Part shown: positions 19,057-28,725 of the stretch, piece after piece
Position numbering within the stretch: position 1 is the first letter of the stretch
How the letters are laid out: each line of letters begins with the position of its first letter
Assembly: GCF_004353825.1 (NCBI RefSeq)
Contig: NZ_SMNA01000002.1
Location: 62,001 to 126,000, forward strand
Length of the DNA: 64,000 nucleotides
Reading direction: 5' to 3'
DNA from: Occultella glacieicola
Lineage (GTDB): Bacteria; Actinomycetota; Actinomycetes; Actinomycetales; Beutenbergiaceae
The notes under the pieces: generated by a model
Database searches by the model: none
What the model was told of the DNA's origin: nothing
What the model saw: only the letters and a program-made list of their open reading frames with translations
Position numbers and translations under genes: made by a program

Positions 19057-20237
19057 CCCGGCTCGACGTCGAGGCGGCTCGGGCGCCGCAGGAGCTCCGT
19101 TCGGGTGCGCCGTCCGCTCGACCGGCCGGCGCGACCTCCGCGGCCGCCGGACCCGACCCTGCGGTACCCCGGCCGGGCCCCGGGGCCACGCCCCGGCGGC
19201 CCGGCCGGATCCTGCTCTGGCTGCCGGCCGCGATCGCGGTCCTGGTCGTCTCCCTCCTGGTGTCGTTGACGATCGGTCCGGCGCAGATCACCGTCGCCGA
19301 GATCGTCGGGTCCGCATGGCACCACGTCCTGGCCTGGCTGCACGGTCTCGGGCTCGGCGTGGACGTGCCGCCCAACCCACTCACCGAGATCCGTGACGCG
19401 ATCATCTGGTCCGGCCGCGCACCCCGGCTCGCCACCGGCGCGTTCGTGGGTGCCGGGCTCGCCCTGTGCGGCGGGGTGATGCAGGCGATCACCCGCAATC
19501 CGCTCGCGGACCCGTACCTGCTGGGGGTGTCCTCCGGCGCCGCCCTCGGCGCGGTCGCGGTGCTGCTCCTCGGACTCGGTCTGGCCCTGCCCGTCGCGGC
19601 CTTCGGTGGGGCGCTGCTCGCCCTCGGCGCCACCCTCGCCCTGGCCGGGCTCGGCGGGCGGCTCAGCCCGAACCGGACCGTGCTGGCCGGGATCGCGGTG
19701 GCCCAGGCCTGCTCGGCACTCGTGTCCTTCACGATCTTCGCCGGCGCCCGCGGCGACGCCTACCGGGAGATCATCAACTGGCTGATGGGGTCACTGGCGG
19801 GCCGGACCTGGGCCTCCGTCGCGATCGCCGGGATCGCGACCGTCGTGATCGGCGTCGTGCTGCTCGGGTTCGGGCGCACGCTGGATGCGTTCGCGTTCGG
19901 GGACACGTCCGCCGCCTCCCTCGGCGTGCACGTGGTGCGGACCCGGTGGGTGCTGCTGACGCTCACGGCACTGCTCACCGGCGCCCTGGTCAGCGTCAGC
20001 GGAGCGATCGGTTTCGTCGGGCTCGTCCTGCCGCACGTGGTCCGGCTCCTGATCGGTGGGCGACACCTCCGCCTGCTCCCGGTCGCGGCGTTCGGCGGGG
20101 CCACGTTCCTGATCTGGGCCGACACCGCGGCACGGACCGTGTTCGCACCCCAGGAGGTCCCGGTCGGCATCCTCACCGCCGCGATCGGTGCCCCGGTGTT
20201 CGCGTGGCTGCTGGTCCGCTCGAGGAGGACCGCATGA
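19053..20237 (+). CDS. Putative F420-0 ABC transporter permease (FecCD family)
   Basis: MQAITRNPLADPYLLGVSSGA; GAIGFVGLVLPH. Confidence 0.85.
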   Translation: MTRLDVEAARAPQELRSGAPSARPAGATSAAAGPDPAVPRPGPGATPRRPGRILLWLPAAIAVLVVSLLVSLTIGPAQITVAEIVGSAWHHVLAWLHGLGLGVDVPPNPLTEIRDAIIWSGRAPRLATGAFVGAGLALCGGVMQAITRNPLADPYLLGVSSGAALGAVAVLLLGLGLALPVAAFGGALLALGATLALAGLGGRLSPNRTVLAGIAVAQACSALVSFTIFAGARGDAYREIINWLMGSLAGRTWASVAIAGIATVVIGVVLLGFGRTLDAFAFGDTSAASLGVHVVRTRWVLLTLTALLTGALVSVSGAIGFVGLVLPHVVRLLIGGRHLRLLPVAAFGGATFLIWADTAARTVFAPQEVPVGILTAAIGAPVFAWLLVRSRRTA

Positions 20238-21091
20238 GCGGCGCACCGGACGCGACGGTGACCGTCGCGGACCTGTGGGCGAGCGAGTTGCGGTACCGGA
20301 TCAACGCGGCCGAGATCCTCGGCGGCGTGGACGTGAGCGTGCGCGCCGGGCAGATCACCGGGGTGCTCGGGCCGAACGGCTCCGGGAAGTCGACGCTGCT
20401 GCGGCTGATCGTGGGCGCCCTGGTGCCCTCGAGCGGTCACGTGCACCTGCTCGGCCGGGACGTGGCCCGGGTGGGCCGGCGCGAGCGGGCCCGCCAGGTG
20501 GCATTCGTCGAGCAGGAGGCGCACGCCGAGGTGGACCTACCGGTCCGGGACGTGGTGCTCCTCGGCCGGACCCCCCACCGGCCGGTGTTCTCCGGCGACA
20601 GTGCCACGGACCTGGACCTGGTCGAGTCCACGCTCCGACGCGCGGGTGCGCTGGAGCTGGCGGACCGGGCCTACGCGACGCTGTCCGGTGGGGAGAAGCA
20701 GCGGGTCCAGATGGCCCGGGCCCTGGCCCAGACACCGCGGGTGCTCCTCCTCGACGAACCGACGAACCACCTCGATGTCGCCGCCCAGCTGCAGGCACTG
20801 ACGCTGGTCCGGGAGGTGGCCGCCGCCGGCACCGGCGTACTGATGGCCATCCATGACCTCGCCCACGCCGCCGCGGTCTGCGACGACGTCCTGGTACTGC
20901 ACGAGGGCCTGGTGGTCGCCGCCGGGCCCCCGCGGGAGGTGCTCACCCCCGGGCTCATCGCCGCCGTGTACGGCGTGCACGCCGAATGGGTCGACGGCGA
21001 ACACGGGGCCGCTCTGGTGTTCTCACCACTGCGCGGCGAGGGTACGGCTCACCACCATCGGGCGATGCTGGCGGAGTCCTTGCGACGGTAG
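20234..21091 (+). CDS. ABC transporter ATP-binding protein (FecE-like)
   Basis: GPNGSGKST, LSGGEKQR, LLDEPTNHLD. Confidence 0.9.
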   Translation: MSGAPDATVTVADLWASELRYRINAAEILGGVDVSVRAGQITGVLGPNGSGKSTLLRLIVGALVPSSGHVHLLGRDVARVGRRERARQVAFVEQEAHAEVDLPVRDVVLLGRTPHRPVFSGDSATDLDLVESTLRRAGALELADRAYATLSGGEKQRVQMARALAQTPRVLLLDEPTNHLDVAAQLQALTLVREVAAAGTGVLMAIHDLAHAAAVCDDVLVLHEGLVVAAGPPREVLTPGLIAAVYGVHAEWVDGEHGAALVFSPLRGEGTAHHHRAMLAESLRR

Positions 21092-21101
21092 GTTGGGCAC
21101 C

Positions 21102-22388
21102 ATGCCCTTGAGCGACGGACGGCGCTGGCGCCTCGACATCCCCCGCCCGAGCGTGAAGACCCTGAGCACGGCCGCCCGATGGTGGCTCGCGGCCACCGTG
21201 GCGGCCCACCTCGGGGCGGCCGTCACCGTCATGACCGTCGACCACATCCGTAAGCGTCGGACCCCGCTGGCGGGCGAGTTCCCCCGCACCCCACCGGGCA
21301 CCGTGCCGGTGGCGGACTCCGAGGTGACCACCTACACCTTCGGTGCGGACGTGTTCGACGCGATGCTCGACTCGATCAACAACGCTAAGCACACGATCCT
21401 GTTCGAGACCTACATCTGGAAGGCCGACGAGGTCGGGCACCAGTTCAAGGACGCACTCATCGCCGCCGCCCGGCGGGGCGTGGACGTGTACCTCATCTGG
21501 GACACGTTCGGGAACCTGGTGGTCGATCCGCGCTTCTACCGGATGCCGGACCTACCCACACTGCACGCGCTCCGGTTCCCGCTGTTCCGCGGCGGCTTCC
21601 TCACCCTGAATGTGCGCAAGACCGGCCTCGACCACCGCAAGATGCTCGTGGTGGACGGCGAGACCGGCTACGTCGGCGGGTACAACATCGGGTCGCTGTA
21701 CCGCACCCAATGGCGCGACACCCACGTACGCGTCGAGGGGCCGTCGGTCTGGGAGCTGCAGAACGCCTTCGTCGACTTCTGGAACGACCACCGCCGCTCG
21801 TTCCACCCGGAGCTGCCGGACACCGGGGCGCACGGCTGGGAGCCCCGGATCCGTGCCGCCCAGAACGAACCGAGCCGGTTGTTGTTCCCGGTCCGCGGCC
21901 TCTACCTGGAGGCGATCGACCGGGCCGAGTCCCACGTGTACATCACGCAGGCGTACTTCATCCCGGACCGGGAGATCCTGGCCACCCTGATCGCGGCCGC
22001 GCGGCGGGGCGTCGACGTGCGGGTGCTCATCCCGGAGGTCTCCAACCACGTCCTCGCGGACTGGGCCGCACGGACCTACTACACCCGCCTGCTGGAGGCC
22101 GGGGTCACCCTGTGGCTGTTCAAGGGCGCCATGGTGCACGCCAAGACCATGACCGTGGACGGTCGCTGGTCCACGATCGGCACCACGAACATCGACCGGA
22201 TGTCGATGACCGGGAACTTCGAGGTGAACCTCGAGTTCTACGACGACGACCTCGCCGCGCAGATGGAGCGCGTGTTCACCACCGACCTGACCAACGCCCG
22301 CCAGCTCACGCACGAGGAGTGGACCGGACGGAGCCGGGGGACGCGGGTCCTGGAGTACCTGACCAAGCCGTTCGGGCCGCTGCTCTAG
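21102..22388 (+). CDS. Phospholipase D family protein / cardiolipin synthase
   Basis: Two HKD motifs: HRKMLVVD and HAKTMTVD. Confidence 0.9.
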   Translation: MPLSDGRRWRLDIPRPSVKTLSTAARWWLAATVAAHLGAAVTVMTVDHIRKRRTPLAGEFPRTPPGTVPVADSEVTTYTFGADVFDAMLDSINNAKHTILFETYIWKADEVGHQFKDALIAAARRGVDVYLIWDTFGNLVVDPRFYRMPDLPTLHALRFPLFRGGFLTLNVRKTGLDHRKMLVVDGETGYVGGYNIGSLYRTQWRDTHVRVEGPSVWELQNAFVDFWNDHRRSFHPELPDTGAHGWEPRIRAAQNEPSRLLFPVRGLYLEAIDRAESHVYITQAYFIPDREILATLIAAARRGVDVRVLIPEVSNHVLADWAARTYYTRLLEAGVTLWLFKGAMVHAKTMTVDGRWSTIGTTNIDRMSMTGNFEVNLEFYDDDLAAQMERVFTTDLTNARQLTHEEWTGRSRGTRVLEYLTKPFGPLL

Positions 22389-22406
22389 CCCGGAGCCCAC
22401 CTCGGT

Positions 22407-22946
22407 CTAGACGCCCGTGAGGGCGTAGTGGGGCTCCGGTGGCAGTTCGACGGCGATCGCTTCCCCCGGCCGGACGGTGCCGCTGCGCGCCACGACACCC
22501 ATGACCCCGGCGAGCTTGTGCACCTGCCCGGAGTCGTCCTTGCGGAGCACCTTCTTGAGCAGTCCGGGCTGGAAGTCGTTGATCTGCTGGCACGGGTTCC
22601 GCAGCCCGGTCACGATGACGACCGCGTCCGCGATGTGCAGCCGGGCGCCGACGGGCAGGTCGAGCAGGTCGATCCCCACCGTGGTGATGTTCTCGCCCAG
22701 CTGCCCGGGCCCGACGCGGTGCCCCGTCATGCCGAGCTCCTCGAGGAGTTCGGCGTGGATCAGGTGCACCTGACGCAGGTTCGGCTGACTGGGGTTGGCG
22801 GCCACCCGGCTCCGGTGTCTCACCGTGGTACCCGCGTGGGCATCCCCTCGGACGCCGACGCCCTCGACGAGTTCGATCTGCGGGGTGGTGGACTTGCTGA
22901 AGGTGTGGGTCGGGCTGACGTGGACCGAATCGACTCGTGCGCTCAT
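22407..22946 (-). CDS. MOSC domain protein
   Basis: GVRGDAHAG, RQVHLI, LGENITT, TGLRNPC. Confidence 0.88.
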   Translation of the reverse strand: MSARVDSVHVSPTHTFSKSTTPQIELVEGVGVRGDAHAGTTVRHRSRVAANPSQPNLRQVHLIHAELLEELGMTGHRVGPGQLGENITTVGIDLLDLPVGARLHIADAVVIVTGLRNPCQQINDFQPGLLKKVLRKDDSGQVHKLAGVMGVVARSGTVRPGEAIAVELPPEPHYALTGV

Positions 22947-23016
22947 GGGGTGGTGATCCTCGGCGGGTCGGCGGACTCGGCCCGTGCCTGGTCGCGAAGC
23001 CCGCGTGGTGGAACGG

Positions 23017-23751
23017 TCAGTTGCCGGTGCGGAACATGTCCTCCTCGGGCGGGCGGATCGCGACGGCGGCGCCGTCACCGTCCTCCTGGGTGACCAGGTG
23101 CCCGAGGCCGCGGACCACGGCGAACGGGCGTCCCTTCGCCTTGCCGCGGACCAGGTCCGCGGCCCCGGCGATCTCGTCGGCGACGGCGATCACGCTGGCC
23201 CGCAGGTCCCGGCCCTGCATGTCCTGCTGGCCGCGCAGGTCCTCCAGCACGTTCAGGCCGGCCGCGCCGATCGAGATGTCGGCGATGCCGCGCCGCCACG
23301 GGCGACCCACGGTGTCGGTGACCAGCACCCCGGGCCGAACCCCGAGCCGGGCGTTCAGGCCGCGCCGGATCCGGCGGGCTGAGGCGTCCGGGTCCTCCGG
23401 CAACAGCAGCACGGTACCGGGCAGCACGTTCGAGGCGTCCACCCCGGCGGCGGCCATCACCAGGCCCTGCTTGTTCTCCACGATCCGTAGCGTGGACCCG
23501 TCCGGGTACTCGCGGGTGGCCACCACCCGCACCGTCTCGGCGGTGATCGCGGCCTCGCGGTCCTTGCCGGCCACCAGGCGGCCCTCCGCCTTGGCGACGA
23601 TCTTGGAGGCGATCACGATGATGTCCCCCTCGGCCGGCCCGGTCGAGCCGTCGGGCCAGGTCAGGGCGGCGAGCAGCGGGGTGAGCAAGGCGGCCAGGTC
23701 CGTTCCGGACGTGACCTCACCGACGCCGTCGGGCGCTTGGACGAGCAGCAT
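23017..23751 (-). CDS. cofE: Coenzyme F420-0:L-glutamate ligase
   Basis: [50 protein letters not shown]. Confidence 0.93.
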   Translation of the reverse strand: MLLVQAPDGVGEVTSGTDLAALLTPLLAALTWPDGSTGPAEGDIIVIASKIVAKAEGRLVAGKDREAAITAETVRVVATREYPDGSTLRIVENKQGLVMAAAGVDASNVLPGTVLLLPEDPDASARRIRRGLNARLGVRPGVLVTDTVGRPWRRGIADISIGAAGLNVLEDLRGQQDMQGRDLRASVIAVADEIAGAADLVRGKAKGRPFAVVRGLGHLVTQEDGDGAAVAIRPPEEDMFRTGN

Positions 23752-24750
23752 TCAGCGGACCACCTTGGGCAGGACGTCGCGGCCGAAGGTCTCGATCCAT
23801 TCGGTCTGGTTCCGGCCGACGTTGTGCAGATAGATACGGTCGAATCCTAGGTCCGCGTAGGCCTGGATCGCACGCAGGTGCACCTCCGGGTCCGCGGAGA
23901 CCACCATCCGGCCCTCGAAGTCCTCCGGTCGCACCATCTTCGCGACCTGGGCGAACTCGAACGGTGAGCGGATGTCCGCCTTCGGGAACCGCATCGCCCC
24001 GTTCGGCCACTGGGTCATCGCGTTCGCGAGGGCCACCTCGTCGGTCTCGGCCCAGGACAGGTGCAGCCGGACCACCTTCGTCATCGACGCCGGATCCCGG
24101 CCGGCCTCCTTCGCGCCGGCGGCGAACCGCGCGAGCAGGGTAGCCACCTTGTCCACCGGTGCACCGATCGTGATCAGGCCGTCCGCATGCTTTCCGGCGC
24201 GGCGCGCGGTCACCGGCCCACCCGCGGCGATCAGGATCTCCGGCGCGACCTCGGGCATGGTCCACAGCCGGGTCGACTCGAGTTTGAAGAACTCGCCGGA
24301 ATGCTTGTAGTCCCGGCCGGCCAGTGAGTTCGAGAACAGCCGCGCGATGAGGTCCACGGCCTCGAACATCCGGTTGATCCGCTCCGGCGCCTCCGGCCAG
24401 TAGCCACCGACGATGTGCTCGTTGATCGCCTCCCCGGAGCCGATGCCGAGCCAGTGCCGACCCGGGTACATCGCCGCCAGCGTCGCGCTCGCCTGCGCCA
24501 CCATCGCCGGATGCCACCGGAACGTCGGCGCACTCACGCCGGGACCGAGGTCCCCGGCGGTCCGCTCCCCCAGCGCCGCCAGCACGTTCCAGACGAACGA
24601 CGCCTGCCCCTGCGCCGGCACCCACGGCTGGTAGTGGTCGGCCGCCATCACCCCGGAGAACCCGTGTGCCTCCGCCTGTGTGGCGTAGGAGAGCACCTCC
24701 CTCGGGTGGAACTGCTCGAGCATCGCCGCGTAGCCGATGGTCAACGTCAT
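23752..24750 (-). CDS. F420-dependent LLM oxidoreductase, G6PDH family (TIGR03557-like)
   Basis: GYAAMLEQFHP, ADHYQPW, GSGEAINEH. Confidence 0.88.
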   Translation of the reverse strand: MTLTIGYAAMLEQFHPREVLSYATQAEAHGFSGVMAADHYQPWVPAQGQASFVWNVLAALGERTAGDLGPGVSAPTFRWHPAMVAQASATLAAMYPGRHWLGIGSGEAINEHIVGGYWPEAPERINRMFEAVDLIARLFSNSLAGRDYKHSGEFFKLESTRLWTMPEVAPEILIAAGGPVTARRAGKHADGLITIGAPVDKVATLLARFAAGAKEAGRDPASMTKVVRLHLSWAETDEVALANAMTQWPNGAMRFPKADIRSPFEFAQVAKMVRPEDFEGRMVVSADPEVHLRAIQAYADLGFDRIYLHNVGRNQTEWIETFGRDVLPKVVR

Positions 24751-24781
24751 GGACGCGAGCCTAATGGGCACACCGGGACGC

Positions 24782-24800
24782 TTATCGGGAATGCTTCTCA
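24782..24800 (+). promoter_or_regulatory. Zur-like operator upstream of rpmG
   Basis: TTATCGGGAATGCTTCTCA matches 14/19 positions of the actinobacterial Zur consensus as I recall it (TTATTGAAAATGATTTTCA). Confidence 0.55.
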
Positions 24801-24878
24801 CCCGAGAGTGGTTGTTCGTGGTGCCGGCGGATCGCCGGCTCAGTGGTGCGGTGAGACCGCGCAGAAGGAGAAGTGTCG

Positions 24879-25049
24879 ATGGCCTCGACCAGCAGGAGCG
24901 TCCGGCCGAAGATCACATTGCGATCGACGGCGGGGACCGGCTATCAGTACGTATCGGAGAAGAGTCGGCGCAACGACCCCGACCGGATTGTGCTGAGCAA
25001 GTACGACCCGCGGGTGCGGCGGCACGTGGAGTTCCGCGAGGCGCGCTGA
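24879..25049 (+). CDS. rpmG: 50S ribosomal protein L33, Cys-free (C-) type
   Basis: Translated by hand: [56 protein letters not shown] (56 aa); AAGGAG RBS. Not in the ORF track. Confidence 0.95.
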   Translation: MASTSRSVRPKITLRSTAGTGYQYVSEKSRRNDPDRIVLSKYDPRVRRHVEFREAR

Positions 25050-25100
25050 GGCCGCCGGGTCGCCCGCCGCGGTGGAGGAGTCAGGCCCCGGCCCGAGGAA

Positions 25101-26036
25101 TCAGTCCCCGGCGACCCCTTCGGTCCACTCCCCCGGGAGTTCCTGGGCCGGGTTGGCGACCCGCACCTGCGGCCAGAGCGCGGCCCAGCCGGTCTCGTCG
25201 AACGCCCCGTCCGGGCAGACGAACCGCAACTCGGTGGTGTCCAGGTAGGCGGTGCCCCAGTGGTCCAGCATCACCTCGGTGCGGGCCGCTCCGCGGACCT
25301 CGGCGCCGTCCGTGTTGGTCCAGCCGGACATCAGCAGGTTGGTCCGGTCCTCCTCGGCCGTCTCGGACGAAGGCCCGTTGTAGAGGGCGAGGTCGGCGGC
25401 CGCGGTGGCTCCGGTGGCCCCGTCCGCGGCCTGATGGCCCGTGAGCGTGGTGGCCGACAGGTCGCGAGCATCACCGGCCTCACGCGGGTTGACGGGCTCC
25501 CCGCCCGCACTCGCCCGGGTCAGGTACGTGCACTGGCCGACCAGGACCTCCTCCCAGCCGTCCTCGGTCACCGCGCCCGCGGTCCGGGTGTAACCCGGCG
25601 GCGGGCGCAGCAGCGTCGGTGGCGTGGGCTCGGGCGTGACCCCAGGGTCGGTGGGCGGGTCGGAGGGCTCCGGGGACGGTGACGTGGTCGGCTCCGCCGA
25701 GGTGGGGTCCGGCGACGGCGTCACGCCGGGATCGGCGGTGGACGGCTCCGGTGTCGTCGTGGTGGCCGGGTCGCTGGGGTCCGACGGGCCGGAATCATCC
25801 GGCGGCGTGGGGCTCCCACCCGGAGCCTCAGTACCGCCCGGTGTCGTGGCCGGCGGCGGGTCCCCCGGTTGGTGGTCGGTGCTGCCGGGTTCGGGCGTGG
25901 TCGGCTGGGGGGAGGACGGGACCGGTTCCTCCGGCGGGAGGGTGCGCTCGGCGGCGCAGCCCGCGAGCGTCAGACCGGCCACGAGGGTCAGCCCGACGAC
26001 GGCGCGGCGCACCCGCGACACTCCCGCCATAGACAT
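25101..26036 (-). CDS. Pro/Thr/Ser-rich lipoprotein
   Basis: Lipobox LAGC, long PTS linker (DPGVTP twice), C-terminal domain with 2 Cys. Start uncertain (26030-26057). Confidence 0.75.
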   Translation of the reverse strand: MSMAGVSRVRRAVVGLTLVAGLTLAGCAAERTLPPEEPVPSSPQPTTPEPGSTDHQPGDPPPATTPGGTEAPGGSPTPPDDSGPSDPSDPATTTTPEPSTADPGVTPSPDPTSAEPTTSPSPEPSDPPTDPGVTPEPTPPTLLRPPPGYTRTAGAVTEDGWEEVLVGQCTYLTRASAGGEPVNPREAGDARDLSATTLTGHQAADGATGATAAADLALYNGPSSETAEEDRTNLLMSGWTNTDGAEVRGAARTEVMLDHWGTAYLDTTELRFVCPDGAFDETGWAALWPQVRVANPAQELPGEWTEGVAGD

Positions 26037-26138
26037 CCCCTCGGTCTGCTGATTCATCCCCCGCGCCCGTGGCGCCGCCCCCCGGCGATTCCGAGTGTGC
26101 CATGGCCGCGGAGGAATGACACCAACCTGTGGGATGAC

Positions 26139-27479
26139 TCACGCCGCGTGCAGGACCGCCGCGATCTGCGGGCTGGCGGCCAGGTAGCCGTCCACGAGCC
26201 GGCGGGCCAGGTCCACCGAGTCCACGAGCGGGTGGGTCCCGAACGCGCGCCAGGCGAGCTCGCGCGAGCCGGTGCGAGCGGCCTCGATGAGTTGCCGGTC
26301 GGCCGCCTTGACGGCGGTGACCAGGCCCAGTTCGTCCAGGCTCAGCGGCGTCGGCGGCGTCATCGGGTGCACTCCCGCGGAGTCCACCCGGCAGGGCACC
26401 TCGATCACGGCGTCGTCGGGCAACGTCGGGATGATGCCCTTGTTCGCGACGTCCAGGATCATCGAGGCCCGCTCACCCGAGCGCAGGGCGGCCATCAGGT
26501 CAACGGCCACCTCGTGATAGCCGCCGCCCTCCACGTCCGCCTGCTCCCGTTCGCCGTCGCGGGCCTCGGCCATGTACGTGGCCTCCCGTTCGTGCAGGGT
26601 CTGGTCCCAGGCCGCACGGGCCGAACCGGCCCCGGTGCCCGCCCGGGCGTAGAACGTCGACTGCTGCGCGTCGAGGAACTCCCCGCGGGTCTGCTCGGCG
26701 CGGGAGATCCGAGCCGCCGCCTCCCGGGCGTAGTAGTAGTAGTAGAGGTATTCGTTCGGGATCGCGCCGAGCGCGCGGACCCACTCCGGGCCGAGGGTGC
26801 GCGCCTCCTCGATCGAGGCGAGCAACCCGTCGTCGGCGAGCAGTTCGGGAAGGCGGTCGACCCCGTCGACCACCAGCGAGTGCAGCCAGCCGAGGTGATT
26901 CAGCCCGACGTAGTCGACCACCGTCCGGTCGAGGGCCACGCCGAGCGTGCGGGCCACCCGCCGGACCAGTCCGATCGGGGTGTCGCAGATGCCGATGACC
27001 CGGTCCCCGAGGTGGGTGCGCATCGCCTCGGTGATGATGCCCGCGGGGTTCGTGAAATTGATGGTCCAGGCCTGCGGCGCGAGTGCCGCGATGCGGGCGG
27101 CGACGTGGTCCATGACCGGCACCGTGCGCAGGGCGTAGGCGAGACCACCGGCGCCGATCGTCTCCTGGCCGAGCAGCCCGAGGTCGAGGGCGACCCGCTC
27201 GTCGACGGTGCGGCCGTGCGTGCCGCCCACCCTGATCGCACTGAACACGACGTCGATGCCGTCGACGGCGGAGTCAAGGTCGGGCGCGAGGCTCACCCTG
27301 GGCGCGTGCGGCAGATCGGCGGCCAGGCCGTCCAGGACGGCCGCCATGGTGCGCAGCCGCGAGGCGTCGGTGTCCTGCAGCACCACCTCGGTGGTGTCCA
27401 CGCGATCGTGGGCGCGGGCCAGCGCCGAGTAGACCAGCGGCACCCGGAACCCCCCGCCGCCGAGGATGGCAATTCTCAT
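26139..27479 (-). CDS. Family 4 glycoside hydrolase (6-phospho-beta-glucosidase-like)
   Basis: MRIAILGGGGFR, GQETIGAGG, NFTNPAG, GICD, GLNHL. Confidence 0.92.
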   Translation of the reverse strand: MRIAILGGGGFRVPLVYSALARAHDRVDTTEVVLQDTDASRLRTMAAVLDGLAADLPHAPRVSLAPDLDSAVDGIDVVFSAIRVGGTHGRTVDERVALDLGLLGQETIGAGGLAYALRTVPVMDHVAARIAALAPQAWTINFTNPAGIITEAMRTHLGDRVIGICDTPIGLVRRVARTLGVALDRTVVDYVGLNHLGWLHSLVVDGVDRLPELLADDGLLASIEEARTLGPEWVRALGAIPNEYLYYYYYAREAAARISRAEQTRGEFLDAQQSTFYARAGTGAGSARAAWDQTLHEREATYMAEARDGEREQADVEGGGYHEVAVDLMAALRSGERASMILDVANKGIIPTLPDDAVIEVPCRVDSAGVHPMTPPTPLSLDELGLVTAVKAADRQLIEAARTGSRELAWRAFGTHPLVDSVDLARRLVDGYLAASPQIAAVLHAA

Positions 27480-27519
27480 GTCCGCAACGTAGCCCACCAT
27501 GGCAGACTCGCTACTCACC

Positions 27520-28698
27520 ATGATTTACCCCACTCGTCCGCCCGGCCCCGCCCCCGTCACCCCCACGCTCGACGTGCTGCTCGCCGGGACGGTGTTCTTC
27601 GACCTGGTCTTCACCGGGTTCCCGAACGCACCCGCGCCGGGCACCGAGGTCTGGACGGAGGGCATGGGGTCCTCACCGGGGGGCATCGCGAACCTGGCCG
27701 TGGCCACGGCCCGACTGGGCCTGCGCACCGGCCTTGCCGCCGGTTTCGGCGACGACCTGTACGGCGACTGGATGTGGTCGGTCCTGCGCGACCAGGAGCA
27801 TGTGGACCTGAGCCGGTCCCGTCGCTTCCACGGCTGGCACACCCCGGTCACGGTCTCCCTCGCTCTCGACGACGACCGCTCGATGGTCACCCACGGGCAC
27901 CCCGCCCCCGAGCCGATCACCGACCTGCTGTCGCCGCCGCCGCGCACCCGCGCGGTCCTCGCGGACCTCGGTGACCGCGAGGTGCGGAAGGCCTCCTGGT
28001 GGCGCGACGCGGCCGCCGACGGCGCGCTGGTGTTCGCCGACGCCGGCTGGGACCCGGAGCAGCGGTGGGACCCGCAGATCCTCACCGACCTCGCGCACTG
28101 CCACGCGTTCACCCCGAACGCCGACGAGGCCATGGGCTACACCCGCACCGACACCCCGGAGGCCGCCCTGGTGGCGCTCGCCGAACACGTGCCGCTCGCC
28201 GTGGTCACCCGCGGGTCGCGCGGAGTGATCGCCATCGACTCCTCCACCGGCGAACGGGCCGCGGCGCCGTCACTGCGCGTCGGGGCGATCGACCCGACCG
28301 GCGCCGGCGACGTGTTCGCCGCGGCGCTGGTGCTCGGCACCCTGCGCGGCTGGCCGCTGCTCAAGCGGCTGCGGTTCGGGGTGCTGTGCTCGGCGCTGGC
28401 CGTTCAGCAGTTCGGTGGCTCCCTGGCCGCACCCGGCTGGGGCGACCTCACCGACTGGTGGCGCCTGACCAAGGAGGCCGCGGGCGCCGGTGACCCGAAC
28501 TCCCGGGAGACCGTGACGCACTACGGCTTCATGGACGACTGCCTGCAGGGGGTCGACACCCGGCGGGTACGCCGCGCCGAGGCCACCATCGCCCGGTTCT
28601 CCGACGCGGATGTGGCCATCGACGAACCCGTCGCCCAACCCTCGCTGCGCTATCCGCCGCCGCCCCCACGACCTGACGCTCCGCCGTCGACCCGCTGA
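27520..28698 (+). CDS. PfkB-family carbohydrate kinase
   Basis: GGIANLAVATARLG, DPTGAGDVF. Confidence 0.9.
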   Translation: MIYPTRPPGPAPVTPTLDVLLAGTVFFDLVFTGFPNAPAPGTEVWTEGMGSSPGGIANLAVATARLGLRTGLAAGFGDDLYGDWMWSVLRDQEHVDLSRSRRFHGWHTPVTVSLALDDDRSMVTHGHPAPEPITDLLSPPPRTRAVLADLGDREVRKASWWRDAAADGALVFADAGWDPEQRWDPQILTDLAHCHAFTPNADEAMGYTRTDTPEAALVALAEHVPLAVVTRGSRGVIAIDSSTGERAAAPSLRVGAIDPTGAGDVFAAALVLGTLRGWPLLKRLRFGVLCSALAVQQFGGSLAAPGWGDLTDWWRLTKEAAGAGDPNSRETVTHYGFMDDCLQGVDTRRVRRAEATIARFSDADVAIDEPVAQPSLRYPPPPPRPDAPPSTR

Positions 28699-28725
28699 TC
28701 ACACCCCCCGAACGCAAGGACGACC

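Noticed and set aside
25620..25930. Repetitive DNA as a CRISPR or tandem array
   Set aside because: Low-complexity Pro/Thr/Ser linker of a lipoprotein; no fixed repeat-spacer period.
26731..26745. (TAG)5 microsatellite as a phase-variation site
   Set aside because: It encodes the Tyr run of the GH4 PNEYLYYYYY segment, and a triplet unit cannot shift frame.
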